Assembly (NCBI GenBank): GCA_963676105.1
Contig: OY781039.1
Span: 1,800,001 to 1,832,000 of the forward strand
Source of the DNA: Erysipelotrichaceae bacterium
GTDB taxonomy: Bacteria; Bacillota_I; Bacilli_A; Erysipelotrichales; Erysipelotrichaceae
DNA length: 32,000 nucleotides
Reading direction: 5' to 3'
Shown: one piece after another, positions 1 through 9,994 of the stretch
How positions within the stretch are numbered: the stretch's first letter is position 1
Layout of the letters: each line of letters opens with the position of its first letter
The notes under the pieces: model-generated
Told to the model about the DNA's origin: nothing
What the model saw: the letters and a program-made list of their open reading frames with translations, nothing else
Databases searched by the model: none
Made by a program: the position numbers and the translations under genes

Positions 1-7
1 ATGATCT

Positions 8-754
8 ATGACTAAACAGGTAATTTATCAATTTTATGCAGAATTAAGTGATTATAAGTATGGATGTAATCGACGTTTTCAAATCAAGGCCGATAGGACA
101 ATGTCAAATCTTGCTTACACTTTGATGACTATGTTTGAAATGAAAGCGAGTCATCTCTTTCGTTTTATGTATAATGCAGAGTTAAATTTCATCACAAAAG
201 TTGGTGAACATATAACAAATGAAATTAATCAAAAAGCGTTAATGCAATTCAACACGAATCCAAGTTTTAAAATGTGTATAGTTGAACTTCCTAATGAATA
301 TATGCAAGGATTTGAACGATTCAAAACATTTGACGCAAGTGAAACGTTGATAAAGGATTTAGTTAGTGAACCCAATGAGTTTATCGATTTTGAATATGAT
401 TTTGGGGATAGTTGGATGATTCATTTAGTGCTTGAAGAAATTATTGTGAGTGATACAACAAGATATCCTACAAAAATGTTTCCGAAAGTGATTGACGGAA
501 AGGGTTATGGAATTATCGAAGACTGTGGAAGTATTCCTGGCTTAGAAAGTATTTATCGTGCATTTGAAAAGAAGTCGGGTAAAAAGTATGACGAGTTCGT
601 TGATTGGTTAGGGACTGATCAATTAGATATGAAATCCTTTGATTTAGAAGAAATGAATGTACGTTTAAAGAAAATCCCTAGACTTTATCAAAAAGTATAT
701 GAAGAAGACTATCGAATAAGTGAATCTGAATATCAATATTTAGAAAGGCTTTAA
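8..754 (+). CDS. pRiA4b ORF-3-like family protein, function unknown
   Basis: 248-aa ORF. Family-typical blocks recognised by eye: 'RRFQIKADRTMSNLAYTLMTMFEMKASHLFRF', 'FEYDFGDSWMIHLVLEEI' and 'IDGKGYGIIEDCGSIPGLESIY'. The gene starts 8 nt from the window edge, so upstream context is invisible. Confidence 0.7.
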   Translation: MTKQVIYQFYAELSDYKYGCNRRFQIKADRTMSNLAYTLMTMFEMKASHLFRFMYNAELNFITKVGEHITNEINQKALMQFNTNPSFKMCIVELPNEYMQGFERFKTFDASETLIKDLVSEPNEFIDFEYDFGDSWMIHLVLEEIIVSDTTRYPTKMFPKVIDGKGYGIIEDCGSIPGLESIYRAFEKKSGKKYDEFVDWLGTDQLDMKSFDLEEMNVRLKKIPRLYQKVYEEDYRISESEYQYLERL

Positions 755-773
755 TATATAACTTAAAGATTCT

Positions 774-801
774 TTGACATAGCATTTTGGTATGCTATAA
801 T
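774..801 (+). promoter_or_regulatory. sigma-A-type promoter of the trp leader
   Basis: TTGACA (774-779), 16-nt spacer, then TGcTATAAT (793-801, extended -10). It lies directly upstream of the T-box leader. Confidence 0.7.
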
Positions 802-804
802 GTG

Positions 805-1100
805 AAAAATAAATAAACCGTTGAGACGGAGATAACGGTAGATATGACTTTACAGAGAGCCCAAGGTGCTGCGATTTGGGTAAGACACAGTTTATCAAAT
901 GGACCGTTGAGGGTGTAGTGAAAAGCAAGTGCTTATTATTCTACAACGTGAAGAGCTACGTTAGTTGCTCAGGGATATGTTAGTATCCTATAAAAGTGCA
1001 TCGTTTTTTTGATAAGAACGGTGAAACAAGGTGGCACCGCGATACGTGTAATACATCGTCCTTGGCAAAACAAAAAGTTTTGCTTAGGGCGTTTTTTATT
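805..1100 (+). promoter_or_regulatory. T-box riboswitch leader, tryptophan-specific, with intrinsic terminator
   Basis: AGAGA box at 854-858. Distal stem CCCAA/TTGGG encloses the loop GGTGCTGCGA. Specifier loop has TGG (900-902) followed by A, closed by the ACGGT/ACCGT helix. T-box sequence AACAAGGTGGCACCGCG at ~1025-1041. Terminator is a 15-bp stem (1057-1071 paired with 1077-1091, one mismatch) followed by TTTTTTATTT. Confidence 0.85.
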
Positions 1101-1133
1101 TCTAGGCAAACTGACATAAAAGAGGTAAACCTT

Positions 1134-2600
1134 ATGAAAATTGTTCCTAGTCTAGAAGAAGTTAAAGCGATATCTAATGAAAAAAAATACGATATTGTAC
1201 CGCTTAGTTGTGAGATCTTATCTGACTTCACAACACCTTTAGAAGTCTTAAAAATCTTAAAGAATAAATCTAAACATGCTTTTCTACTTGAGTCTGTTCA
1301 AGGACAAGAAAAATGGGGACGTTATACTTTCTTGGGTTATGATCCTAAGTTTGATTTGAACTGCGTTGATGGAGTCATGAGTATTAAAGATGCATCATCG
1401 AAAACTGATAATCCATCTAAAGTATTAAGAGATATCTTAGCTCAATATAAAAGTCCTCAATTTGATTATCTTCCTTCGTTTACAGGTGGTTTAGTAGGTT
1501 ACTTCTCTTATGATTATATTAACTATGCAGAACCTAGCACTAAAGTTAAAGTCGATGATTCAGAAGGTTTTAAAGATGTTGATTTAATGCTCTTTGATAA
1601 AGTCATTGCTTTTGATAACTTTAGACAAAAAATTATATTAATTGTTAATATCCCACTAAAAAATATTGAAGCTGAATATGCGAAAGCCATTGAGAGTTTA
1701 AAAGCTTTAGTTAAACTCTTAAAAACAGGAAAAAAGATTCAAGAAGAAGCTGGCAAGTTAATGGGAGAAGTTACCCCTTTATTTGATAAAGAACATTTCT
1801 GTACTATGGTTGAAAAAGCAAAGCATTATATCCATGAAGGTGATATCTTCCAAATTGTTTTATCGAATCGTTTAAGTGCTCCGTATACTGGTAGTTTACT
1901 AAATGCCTATCGAGTACTTAGAACCATTAATCCTTCTCCTTATATGTTCTATTTCTCTGGAACAGATGTGGAAGTGGCTGGAGCATCTCCAGAAACATTA
2001 GTAAAACTTGATCATAAAGATCTTTATACCTTTCCATTAGCGGGAACACGCAAAAGAGGAAAAACGGAAGAAGAAGATATTGCGTTAGAAAAAGAACTCT
2101 TAGCGGATCCAAAAGAGATTGCTGAACATAATATGTTAGTGGACTTAGGGCGAAATGATTTAGGTAAGATATCTGAGTTTGGATCAGTCCATGTCGATAC
2201 ACTACATTCAATTGAGCGTTTCTCTCACGTTATGCATATAGGATCAACGGTTAAAGGTAAGATTCGTGATGAACACGATGCCTTAGATGCGATTGAAGCC
2301 GTACTACCAGCAGGTACCTTATCAGGAGCACCAAAAATTCGTGCTTGTCAGTTAATAGGTGAATTAGAGAATAATAAACGTGGTATCTATGGTGGTGCCA
2401 TTGGCTACATTGATTTCGCAGGGAATATGGATACCTGCATTGCGATAAGAATTGCATACAAGAAAAACAATACAGTATTTGTACGGTCAGGGGCGGGGAT
2501 TGTTGCCGATAGCGTTCCAGAGAGTGAATACCAAGAATGTATTAATAAAGCACAGGCTGTGATTAATGCTTTAAAACAAGCGGAAGGAGAAGAGCTATGA
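1134..2600 (+). CDS. trpE: anthranilate synthase component I
   Basis: Start moved from ORF-track 996 to ATG 1134, which has SD AAAGAGG at 1119-1125 and lies downstream of the T-box terminator. Motifs: LSNRLS, NPSPYMFY, LAGTRKRG, GRNDLG, GAPKIRA, IYGGAIGY. ATGA overlap with trpG. Confidence 0.93.
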   Translation: MKIVPSLEEVKAISNEKKYDIVPLSCEILSDFTTPLEVLKILKNKSKHAFLLESVQGQEKWGRYTFLGYDPKFDLNCVDGVMSIKDASSKTDNPSKVLRDILAQYKSPQFDYLPSFTGGLVGYFSYDYINYAEPSTKVKVDDSEGFKDVDLMLFDKVIAFDNFRQKIILIVNIPLKNIEAEYAKAIESLKALVKLLKTGKKIQEEAGKLMGEVTPLFDKEHFCTMVEKAKHYIHEGDIFQIVLSNRLSAPYTGSLLNAYRVLRTINPSPYMFYFSGTDVEVAGASPETLVKLDHKDLYTFPLAGTRKRGKTEEEDIALEKELLADPKEIAEHNMLVDLGRNDLGKISEFGSVHVDTLHSIERFSHVMHIGSTVKGKIRDEHDALDAIEAVLPAGTLSGAPKIRACQLIGELENNKRGIYGGAIGYIDFAGNMDTCIAIRIAYKKNNTVFVRSGAGIVADSVPESEYQECINKAQAVINALKQAEGEEL

Positions 2601-3175
2601 TTTTACTCATTGATAATTACGATAGTTTCTCCTATAACCTTTATCAACTCATTGGTGAGATTAATTCTGATATTAAAGTCATTCGAAATGATGAGTTAAC
2701 GGTAGAAGAAATCAAAGCCTTAAACCCGGATCATATTATTTTATCCCCAGGTCCAGGACGACCAGAAGATGCAGGTATTATTGAAGAAGTCGCTAAAACA
2801 CTTAGTCGAAGCATACCTACCTTAGGTGTATGCTTGGGTCATCAAGCGATTTGTGATGTTTATGGAGCCAATATTACGTATGCCAAAGAACTCATGCATG
2901 GTAAACAATCAGAAGTAAGTTTAGATTTAAGTTCAAAGTTATTTAAAGAATGTGATGAAAAAACATTAGTTGCCAGATATCATTCACTGGTTGCCGATGA
3001 GAATACAATTCCTAAAGACTTTATAGTCACATCACTGACTGATGATGGCGTGATTATGGCGATTGAACATAAAGATTATCCAATCTATGGCGTTCAATTT
3101 CATCCAGAATCCATCATGACCCCATTAGGTAAGTTGATGTTGAAGAATTTCTTAGAAATTAAAGGAGAGAAATAA
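2597..3175 (+). CDS. trpG: anthranilate synthase component II (glutamine amidotransferase)
   Basis: Class-I GATase motifs GVCLGHQ and GVQFHPES; position in the trp operon. Confidence 0.92.
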   Translation: MILLIDNYDSFSYNLYQLIGEINSDIKVIRNDELTVEEIKALNPDHIILSPGPGRPEDAGIIEEVAKTLSRSIPTLGVCLGHQAICDVYGANITYAKELMHGKQSEVSLDLSSKLFKECDEKTLVARYHSLVADENTIPKDFIVTSLTDDGVIMAIEHKDYPIYGVQFHPESIMTPLGKLMLKNFLEIKGEK

Positions 3176-3177
3176 AG

Positions 3178-4194
3178 ATGATTAAAGAAGCCATTATAAA
3201 AATAGTTAATAAAGAAGATTTAACATTTGATGAAGCTTACACAGTTATGAATGAAATCATGAGTGGGGAAACATCTGCTATTCAAAATGCAGCTTTCCTT
3301 TCTGCTTTATCAACCAAAAGCGCAAAAGCTGAAACTACTGATGAAATTGCAGGCTGCGCAACAGCGATGAGAGAAAATGCGACCCAAGTGAAAACACCGT
3401 TTGATGTTTTTGAGATTGTAGGAACTGGTGGAGATCACTCTAATAGTTTTAATATTTCTACTACGTCAGCTTTAGTTGCAGCAGCGGGTGGATTAAAAGT
3501 TGCGAAACATGGCAATCGTGCAGCTTCATCAAAAAGCGGAACGGCTGATTGTTTAGAAGCACTTGGTGTAAACATTAACCAAGATCCTGAGAAATGTATA
3601 GAGCTATTAGATAAAGTAGGTATGTGTTTCTTCTTTGCGCAAAAATATCACACATCAATGAAACATGTTGGACCAATCCGTAAGGAACTTGGAATTAGAA
3701 CCGTCTTTAATATTTTAGGACCTCTTACAAATCCTGGATCACCTAAATATCAATTACTAGGTGTTTATGATGAATACTTAGTTGAACCATTGGCAGAAGT
3801 TTTAATGGAACTTGGGGTTAAACGAGGCATGGTAGTTCATGGATTAGATAAGTTAGATGAAATCTCTTTATCTGCGCCAACAAAAATCTGTGAGTTTAAA
3901 GATGGACTTCATAAAACATCTATCATTCAACCCGAAGATTTTGGTTTTGAAAGATGCACTAAAGATGACTTAGTAGGTGGGGAACCACAAGAAAATGCAC
4001 AAATCACATTAGATATTTTAAAAGGTCAAAAAGGTCATAAACGCAATGCGGTACTCCTTAATGCAGGGGCTAGTTTATATATTGGAGGGAAAGCTGAATC
4101 CTTTAAAGAAGGAATTGATTTAGCTGCGTCCATTATTGATTCAGGACAAGCTTTAAAAACACTAGAAGCTTTTGTGGAAATCAGTAATTCATGA
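3178..4194 (+). CDS. trpD: anthranilate phosphoribosyltransferase
   Basis: Motifs IVGTGGD and [15 protein letters not shown]. The start lies 2 nt after the trpG stop. Confidence 0.92.
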   Translation: MIKEAIIKIVNKEDLTFDEAYTVMNEIMSGETSAIQNAAFLSALSTKSAKAETTDEIAGCATAMRENATQVKTPFDVFEIVGTGGDHSNSFNISTTSALVAAAGGLKVAKHGNRAASSKSGTADCLEALGVNINQDPEKCIELLDKVGMCFFFAQKYHTSMKHVGPIRKELGIRTVFNILGPLTNPGSPKYQLLGVYDEYLVEPLAEVLMELGVKRGMVVHGLDKLDEISLSAPTKICEFKDGLHKTSIIQPEDFGFERCTKDDLVGGEPQENAQITLDILKGQKGHKRNAVLLNAGASLYIGGKAESFKEGIDLAASIIDSGQALKTLEAFVEISNS

Positions 4195-4973
4195 GCATCT
4201 TAGATGAATTAGCTGATTACGCTAAGGATAGAGTAATTGAAGCAAAGCGTACAATTACGTTAGAAGATATTAAAAGACAAGCTTTAAAAATGCCGAAGAA
4301 AGATTTTGAGTTTGAAAAAGCTTTAAAGAAAAATGATTTATCCTTTATCTGTGAAGTTAAAAAAGCGTCGCCTTCAAAAGGTATCATTGCAGAAGAGTTT
4401 GATGTTCTTCAAATCGCAAAAGACTATGAAAAAGCAGGTGCTGATTGTATCTCATGTTTAACTGAACCAAAGTGGTTTTTAGGCAAGGATGAATATCTAA
4501 AGGAAATATCAAATACAGTTAAGATTCCTGTTCTTCGTAAAGACTTTACCGTAGATGAATATATGATTTATGAAGCACGAGTCTTAGGTGCTTCAGCTAT
4601 ACTACTCATTTGTTCGATCTTGAGTGAAGAACAAATCAAAAACTATATTACGATTGCGGATGGTTTAGGTTTATCCACTTTAGTCGAAGCGCATGATGAT
4701 GATGAAGTTAGTTTAGCGATTAAATGTGGTGCACGAATTATAGGCGTTAATAATCGTAATTTAAAAGACTTTAGTGTTGATACCAATAACAGTAAAAACT
4801 TAAGATCATTAATCCCAAGTAATATTCTCTTTGTCTCTGAGAGTGGTGTAAAATCACATGAAGATATTAATGAAATTAGAGACTTTGGTGCAGATGCCGT
4901 ACTCATTGGTGAAACGCTGATGAAAGCTAGTAATAAAACTCTTAAACTAAAAGAGTTAAAAGGTGAGCTATGA
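4191..4973 (+). CDS. trpC: indole-3-glycerol phosphate synthase
   Basis: Motifs [28 protein letters not shown] overlap with trpD. Confidence 0.92.
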   Translation: MSILDELADYAKDRVIEAKRTITLEDIKRQALKMPKKDFEFEKALKKNDLSFICEVKKASPSKGIIAEEFDVLQIAKDYEKAGADCISCLTEPKWFLGKDEYLKEISNTVKIPVLRKDFTVDEYMIYEARVLGASAILLICSILSEEQIKNYITIADGLGLSTLVEAHDDDEVSLAIKCGARIIGVNNRNLKDFSVDTNNSKNLRSLIPSNILFVSESGVKSHEDINEIRDFGADAVLIGETLMKASNKTLKLKELKGEL

Positions 4974-5578
4974 CAGTTATTAAACTTTGTGGTTTGAAAC
5001 GAATCGAAGATATTAGAGTTGTTAATGTCTTAAAACCTGACTACATTGGTTTTATCTTTGTCGAAAAAAGTAAACGCTATATTAATCCGATTCAAGCTTA
5101 TGAGCTTAAAAAATCATTAGATAAAAATCTAAAAGTGGTTGGTGTTTTTGTTGATGAGGAAATTGAAATCATTAATGACATGTTTAATATGGGTATCATT
5201 GATCTAGCACAACTACATGGTCATGAAGATGAAGGCTACATTAAAACATTAAAAGATTTGTCACATAAACCAATCATTAAAGCCTTTAGAATTGATTCAA
5301 AAGAAGATGTACTAAAAGCCGAAAAAAGCAGCGCTGATTTTATTCTATTAGATTCAGGAACAGGTGGGACAGGTTCAAGTTTTGATTGGTCACTTATTAA
5401 AGATTTGAAACGTGATTATTTCTTGGCCGGTGGTTTAAATAATGAGAATATATCTGATGCATTAAAAACTTTAAAACCGTATGCAGTAGATGTCAGTAGT
5501 GGCATTGAAACAGATGGTTTTAAAGATAGAGATAAAATGAATGAATTTGTTGAAAAAGTAAGGAGTGTAAATATATGA
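4970..5578 (+). CDS. trpF: phosphoribosylanthranilate isomerase
   Basis: IKLCGL N-terminus, GFIF and LAGGL motifs. ATGA overlaps on both sides. Confidence 0.9.
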   Translation: MTVIKLCGLKRIEDIRVVNVLKPDYIGFIFVEKSKRYINPIQAYELKKSLDKNLKVVGVFVDEEIEIINDMFNMGIIDLAQLHGHEDEGYIKTLKDLSHKPIIKAFRIDSKEDVLKAEKSSADFILLDSGTGGTGSSFDWSLIKDLKRDYFLAGGLNNENISDALKTLKPYAVDVSSGIETDGFKDRDKMNEFVEKVRSVNI

Positions 5579-6765
5579 GAAATCCACATAGTCGATTTGG
5601 TGTACATGGTGGACAATATATCCCTGAGACACTAATGAATGCGGTTATCGAACTTGAGAAGGCTTATAATCACTTCAAAGATGATCCTGATTTTAAAGCA
5701 GAACTTAAAGAACTTTTTGATGAGTATGCAGGTCGTCCTTCAAGACTTTATTATGCGAAAAAAATGACTGAGTATTTAGGTGGCGCAAAAATCTATCTTA
5801 AACGTGAAGATTTAAATCATACTGGGGCTCATAAGATTAATAATGTTTTAGGACAAGCTCTACTCGCAAAGAAAATGGGTAAAACGCGTTTGATTGCGGA
5901 AACAGGTGCAGGCCAACATGGTGTTGCGACCGCAACTGCGGCAGCTTTAATGGGCATGGAATGTGTTGTCTTTATGGGTGAAGAAGATACGATAAGACAA
6001 GCACTTAATGTTTATCGTATGCGTCTGTTAGGCGCGACGGTTATTCCTGTCACAACAGGAACTGCGACATTAAAGGATGCGGTATCTGAAGCGATGCGTG
6101 AGTGGACATCAAGAATTGATGATACCCATTATTGTTTAGGTTCAGTTATGGGACCCCATCCATTTCCAACGATTGTACGGGACTTTCAAGCTGTTATTTC
6201 TCAGGAAATTAAAGAACAGATCTTAGTTAAAGAAGGACGTTTACCTGATACAGTAATTGCCTGTGTTGGTGGTGGATCTAATGCGATTGGAGCTTTCTAT
6301 AATTTTATTGAAGATGAATCTGTTGAACTCATTGGGACAGAGGCTGCTGGACGAGGGATTGATACCTTAGAAACAGCCGCTACGATTAATGTGGGAAGCT
6401 TAGGCATATTCCATGGAATGAAGTCTTATTTCTGCCAAGATAAATATGGGCAAATCGCACCTGTTTATTCCATTTCAGCAGGTCTTGATTATCCAGGTAT
6501 TGGACCTGAACATGCTCATTTACATGATATTGGTCGCGCAAAATATGTACCAATAACGGATGAAGAATCAGTTGTGGCTTTTGAATACCTTTCAAAAACA
6601 GAAGGGATTATTCCAGCCATTGAATCCGCACATGCGGTAGCGTATGCGATGAAACTTGCGCCAACTATGGCTAAAGATAAAATTATCGTAATTAATTTAA
6701 GTGGTCGTGGAGATAAAGATTGCGCTGCGATTGCACGATATAGAGGGGAAGATCTTCATGAGTAA
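5575..6765 (+). CDS. trpB: tryptophan synthase beta chain
   Basis: PLP-lysine motif HTGAHKINN, plus ETGAGQHG and GGGSNA. Confidence 0.95.
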   Translation: MRNPHSRFGVHGGQYIPETLMNAVIELEKAYNHFKDDPDFKAELKELFDEYAGRPSRLYYAKKMTEYLGGAKIYLKREDLNHTGAHKINNVLGQALLAKKMGKTRLIAETGAGQHGVATATAAALMGMECVVFMGEEDTIRQALNVYRMRLLGATVIPVTTGTATLKDAVSEAMREWTSRIDDTHYCLGSVMGPHPFPTIVRDFQAVISQEIKEQILVKEGRLPDTVIACVGGGSNAIGAFYNFIEDESVELIGTEAAGRGIDTLETAATINVGSLGIFHGMKSYFCQDKYGQIAPVYSISAGLDYPGIGPEHAHLHDIGRAKYVPITDEESVVAFEYLSKTEGIIPAIESAHAVAYAMKLAPTMAKDKIIVINLSGRGDKDCAAIARYRGEDLHE

Positions 6766-7528
6766 TATAAAAAATGCTTTTAAAAATGGTAAAGCCTTTA
6801 TTAGTTTCATTACTGTGGGGGATCCAGATTTAAAAACCTCTAAAGAAGCTATCTTAGAGATGGTTAAAAACGGGACAGATTTAATTGAACTTGGTATTCC
6901 TTTTTCTGACCCGATGGCAGAAGGACCAACCATTCAAAGTGCGAATGTGAGAGCTTTAAAGAACGGGATTACCACTGATGATATTTTTGAATTTGTTAAA
7001 GATATTCGAAAAGAAGTATTTATACCAATGGTCTTTATGACTTATTCTAATGTTGTGTTCTCTTATGGTTCTGAAAAGTTTATTAAGATCTGTTCAGAAA
7101 TAGGGATTGATGGTTTAATACTTCCTGATTGTCCATATGAGGAAAAAGAAGAGTTTAGTGAAATCTGCGAAAAATATGATGTGGACTTAGTTTCATTAAT
7201 TGCGCCAACATCAGAGAATAGAATTGCGATGATTGCCAAAGAAGCCAAAGGTTTTGTGTATTTAGTATCTAGTTTAGGTGTTACTGGAACTCGCTCTGAA
7301 ATCAAAACCGACTTAGAATCGATTGTGAAAGTCGTACGTGAAAATACGGATGTACCTTGCGCCATTGGTTTTGGAATATCAACACCTGAGCAAGCTCAAA
7401 AAATGGCAGCCATTTCAGATGGTGCCATTGTCGGGTCTGCGATTATTAAACTATTAGAAAAACATGGAACAGAAGCACCAAAGTTTATTGGAGAATATGT
7501 TAAATCCATGAAGGATGCATTAAGATAA
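6758..7528 (+). CDS. trpA: tryptophan synthase alpha chain
   Basis: Start moved from 6701 to ATG 6758, which has SD AGAGGGG and an 8-nt overlap with trpB. Motifs [15 protein letters not shown] and GFGIS. Confidence 0.9.
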   Translation: MSNIKNAFKNGKAFISFITVGDPDLKTSKEAILEMVKNGTDLIELGIPFSDPMAEGPTIQSANVRALKNGITTDDIFEFVKDIRKEVFIPMVFMTYSNVVFSYGSEKFIKICSEIGIDGLILPDCPYEEKEEFSEICEKYDVDLVSLIAPTSENRIAMIAKEAKGFVYLVSSLGVTGTRSEIKTDLESIVKVVRENTDVPCAIGFGISTPEQAQKMAAISDGAIVGSAIIKLLEKHGTEAPKFIGEYVKSMKDALR

Positions 7529-7533
7529 AAAAA

Positions 7534-7552
7534 GAGTGGGTTAATCCCACTC
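7534..7552. terminator. bidirectional hairpin between the convergent trpA and DUF438/PAS genes
   Basis: GAGTGGG (7534-7540), 5-nt loop, CCCACTC (7546-7552). An A7 run lies on the plus side, which reads as T7 after the hairpin on the minus strand. The stop codon and last codons of the minus-strand gene lie inside the hairpin. Confidence 0.6.
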
Positions 7553-8689
7553 AAGTAATCTTCTTTCACCTTGAAGCGCTCTAATGTCTTCAACTAACTG
7601 GGTCACTTCTAAACATCCTTTATATTCATTACATGAATTACGTAAGGCAATATATTTGATGTAGATGAAGTGGCCTTTCATTTGGATCCAAAATTGAGCT
7701 TGGTCTTCTTTGCCTGATCTAAGTGCTTCTATAATACGATCAACCACATCAACACTGGATGCAGGATGACAATTACGTACATCTCGACCAATAACGGCAG
7801 GTGATCTTGGGAAAACACGATCAACCGCTTTATTGAAGTAGCGTACTTTGTTGTTTTCATCAATTAAAGTGATATCTAAAGGTAGGGCATTTAAAACAAG
7901 TTCTAATTGTTCAAAGTTTAATTCACCTGTATCTGTTTTAATGAAACCACCGAAGTCTAAATCAACTTTCTTGTCTATTTTGGGTTGTCTTGGTTTTTCA
8001 ATAAAGATAAATGGATATTCAAACATTTGTTGAGTGAGATCATCCAAGGTTTCTTTTGTTAAATATTGAAGAGAAGCTTGTAGTAAAAAGCGATTCTCTT
8101 TTTGAATTAAACCAAAAGCTTTAAAGAAATAACTACCCAAGGCAAATGAGAATAATTGAAAATCAAAGGGTTTGGTATCTAGTGCATTTACAGTTGCCTT
8201 TAAAGCATTACGACAAGCATCCTGCATTGACCATAAAATTCTTAATCCTTCAAAGTTTGAGTTAACTTTCTCTAAAGAAGGAAAGAGAAGGTTTTGTGTT
8301 TTAGTGTAATGAACTGAAAAGATTTCAAGTTCTCTCAGTTCTTTTTTGACATAGTCATGATCACAATCAAGTGTTGAATGAATCTTAAAGTAATCTTGTA
8401 AGTTATGTAACTTAAGTTCTAATGCCTTATTTTCAGCATCTAAATAATGAAGGATTCCTTCTTGTGGTAAATCAAGTTCTTTCGCTTTTAAGTGATGATC
8501 AACGGCATGAATAAAGGGATCAACAAAAGTTAATATTGATTCAATACTTTCACCCTCTTTTAATAAAGAATTAAAGATTTCAAAGATTTCAACAACTTGA
8601 ATATTTTTTAGTTGTTCTTCAACATCTTTATAATCATTTAAAGTGGATTTCTTATCTTTAATAAGAAGAATATAATCCTTTACACTCAT
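7541..8689 (-). CDS. DUF438 / hemerythrin-like / PAS-domain protein
   Basis: 382-aa ORF. The C-terminal PAS-like block 'LPLDITLIDENNKVRYFNKA...RSPAVIGRDVRNCHP...FWIQMKGHFIYIKYIALR' is typical of DUF438-PAS proteins. ATGA overlap with pepT, and a GGAGG SD lies inside the pepT 3' end. Confidence 0.7.
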   Translation of the reverse strand: MSVKDYILLIKDKKSTLNDYKDVEEQLKNIQVVEIFEIFNSLLKEGESIESILTFVDPFIHAVDHHLKAKELDLPQEGILHYLDAENKALELKLHNLQDYFKIHSTLDCDHDYVKKELRELEIFSVHYTKTQNLLFPSLEKVNSNFEGLRILWSMQDACRNALKATVNALDTKPFDFQLFSFALGSYFFKAFGLIQKENRFLLQASLQYLTKETLDDLTQQMFEYPFIFIEKPRQPKIDKKVDLDFGGFIKTDTGELNFEQLELVLNALPLDITLIDENNKVRYFNKAVDRVFPRSPAVIGRDVRNCHPASSVDVVDRIIEALRSGKEDQAQFWIQMKGHFIYIKYIALRNSCNEYKGCLEVTQLVEDIRALQGERRLLEWD

Positions 8690-9909
8690 GATGCCTCCGC
8701 ATTGATTTTCACAATCTCTAGAATGACTTCAACTGCTTTTTTCATCACATCTAAACTTGCATATTCATATGGTCCATGATAATTATCCCCACCAGTAAAG
8801 ATATTAGGAGTTGGAATTCCCATGAAGGATATTTTAGATCCATCGGTTCCACCGCGGATGGGTTGAACAGTTGATTTGATTCCAAGATTTTCCATAGCTT
8901 TTAAAGCTAAGTCAACTGACTTCATATCTTTTTCAATGACTTCAGCCATATTGTAGTATTGGTCATGCATCTCAATTTTGAAGCGTTCAGCTTTATATTT
9001 TTGATTCATAAAAGCTACATTATTTAATAGAGTTTGTTTACGATCTAAGAATTTTTCTTTATCGTGATCACGAATAATATAGGTCATTGACCCTGTATCG
9101 ATTTTGGTTTGAAGATCCATTAAGAAATAATAACCTTCATAGTTGTCAGTGTGTTCAGGCACTTGTTCTTGTGGAAGTAAAGCATCAAATTCCATTGCGA
9201 GTTTTGCGGTATTGATCATGGTATCTTTGGCACTACCTGGATGAACAGATACACCTGTTAATTTTATATGTGCAACCGCTGCATTAAAACTTTCATATTC
9301 GAGTTCACCAAGCACAGATCCATCCATGGTGTAGGCAAACTTGGCTCTAAAGTTTTCAGCATCAAATAGATCAGCCCCTCGTCCGATTTCTTCATCAGGT
9401 CCAAAAGCAATACGTATTTCACCATGTTTAAGATCAGGGTTATTAATTAAAGTAATCATGGCTTCCATAATTTCAACTAAACCTGCTTTATCATCAGCAC
9501 CTAAAAGTGTAGTCCCATCAGTCACAATTAAAGTATGACCTTTTAGCGCCAATAGTCTTGGGAAAGATTCAACTGACATATTTAAGTCTGAATTGAGTGG
9601 AATATCTTTACCATCATAGTTTTCGATGATTCTTGGATTGATGTTTTCAGCATTGAAATCAGCGGTATCATAATGGGCAATAAAACCAATTGTATCAACT
9701 TCTTTATCTACATTACTTGGGATCGTTGCGCTCACATAAGCATTTTTCTGATGATATTCCACTTCACTAAAGCCTAAGTCTTTTAATTCTTGAGCCAACA
9801 TTTTGGCAAATTCGACTTGATTAATTGAAGAAGGAATCGTTTCTGATTCTTCGTTTGATCGTGTGTTAATTTTTGCGTAGCGTATAAAACGCTCTAATAG
9901 TGTTTCCAT
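8686..9909 (-). CDS. pepT: peptidase T (tripeptide aminopeptidase, M20B)
   Basis: Motifs HYDTADF, GADDKAG, GPDEEIGRGA, GGTDGS. 407 aa, typical PepT length. Confidence 0.92.
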   Translation of the reverse strand: METLLERFIRYAKINTRSNEESETIPSSINQVEFAKMLAQELKDLGFSEVEYHQKNAYVSATIPSNVDKEVDTIGFIAHYDTADFNAENINPRIIENYDGKDIPLNSDLNMSVESFPRLLALKGHTLIVTDGTTLLGADDKAGLVEIMEAMITLINNPDLKHGEIRIAFGPDEEIGRGADLFDAENFRAKFAYTMDGSVLGELEYESFNAAVAHIKLTGVSVHPGSAKDTMINTAKLAMEFDALLPQEQVPEHTDNYEGYYFLMDLQTKIDTGSMTYIIRDHDKEKFLDRKQTLLNNVAFMNQKYKAERFKIEMHDQYYNMAEVIEKDMKSVDLALKAMENLGIKSTVQPIRGGTDGSKISFMGIPTPNIFTGGDNYHGPYEYASLDVMKKAVEVILEIVKINAEAS

Positions 9910-9994
9910 ATTTTATTTAACCTCTAATGTCTATTCTATCGCAATTTGAACTAAAGGTCATGTGACGTAATTTCGCTAAAAACAAACAAATAGT

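Noticed and set aside
996-1133. N-terminal 46-codon extension of the trpE ORF in the six-frame track
   Set aside because: It reads straight through the T-box sequence and terminator hairpin. ATG 1134 has a proper SD and gives a normal TrpE N-terminus.
740-1231. Minus-strand ORFs 740..928 and 980..1231
   Set aside because: They lie antisense to the T-box leader and the trpE start, have no SD and have low-complexity products. They are chance ORFs in structured RNA-coding DNA.
1927-7593. Antisense or alternate-frame ORFs inside the trp genes (1927..2211, 2251..2457, 4643..4906, 5416..5616, 6386..6595, 6697..6933, 7063..7365, 7396..7593)
   Set aside because: They are fully nested in well-supported trp coding regions on the opposite strand, and none has an SD or a recognisable motif.
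7848-9538. Plus-strand ORFs 7848..8033 and 9341..9538 inside the DUF438/PAS and pepT genes
   Set aside because: They are antisense to confidently assigned genes and have Ser/Lys-rich low-complexity products.
9917-9961. 14-codon minus-strand ORF (MTFSSNCDRIDIRG) directly downstream of the HTH-TPR regulator, where PapR/NprX/AimP-type pro-peptides would sit
   Set aside because: It has no SD and no signal-peptide-like sequence, and it overlaps the pepT promoter/RBS region. The divergent mini-ORF at 11339 is the better candidate.
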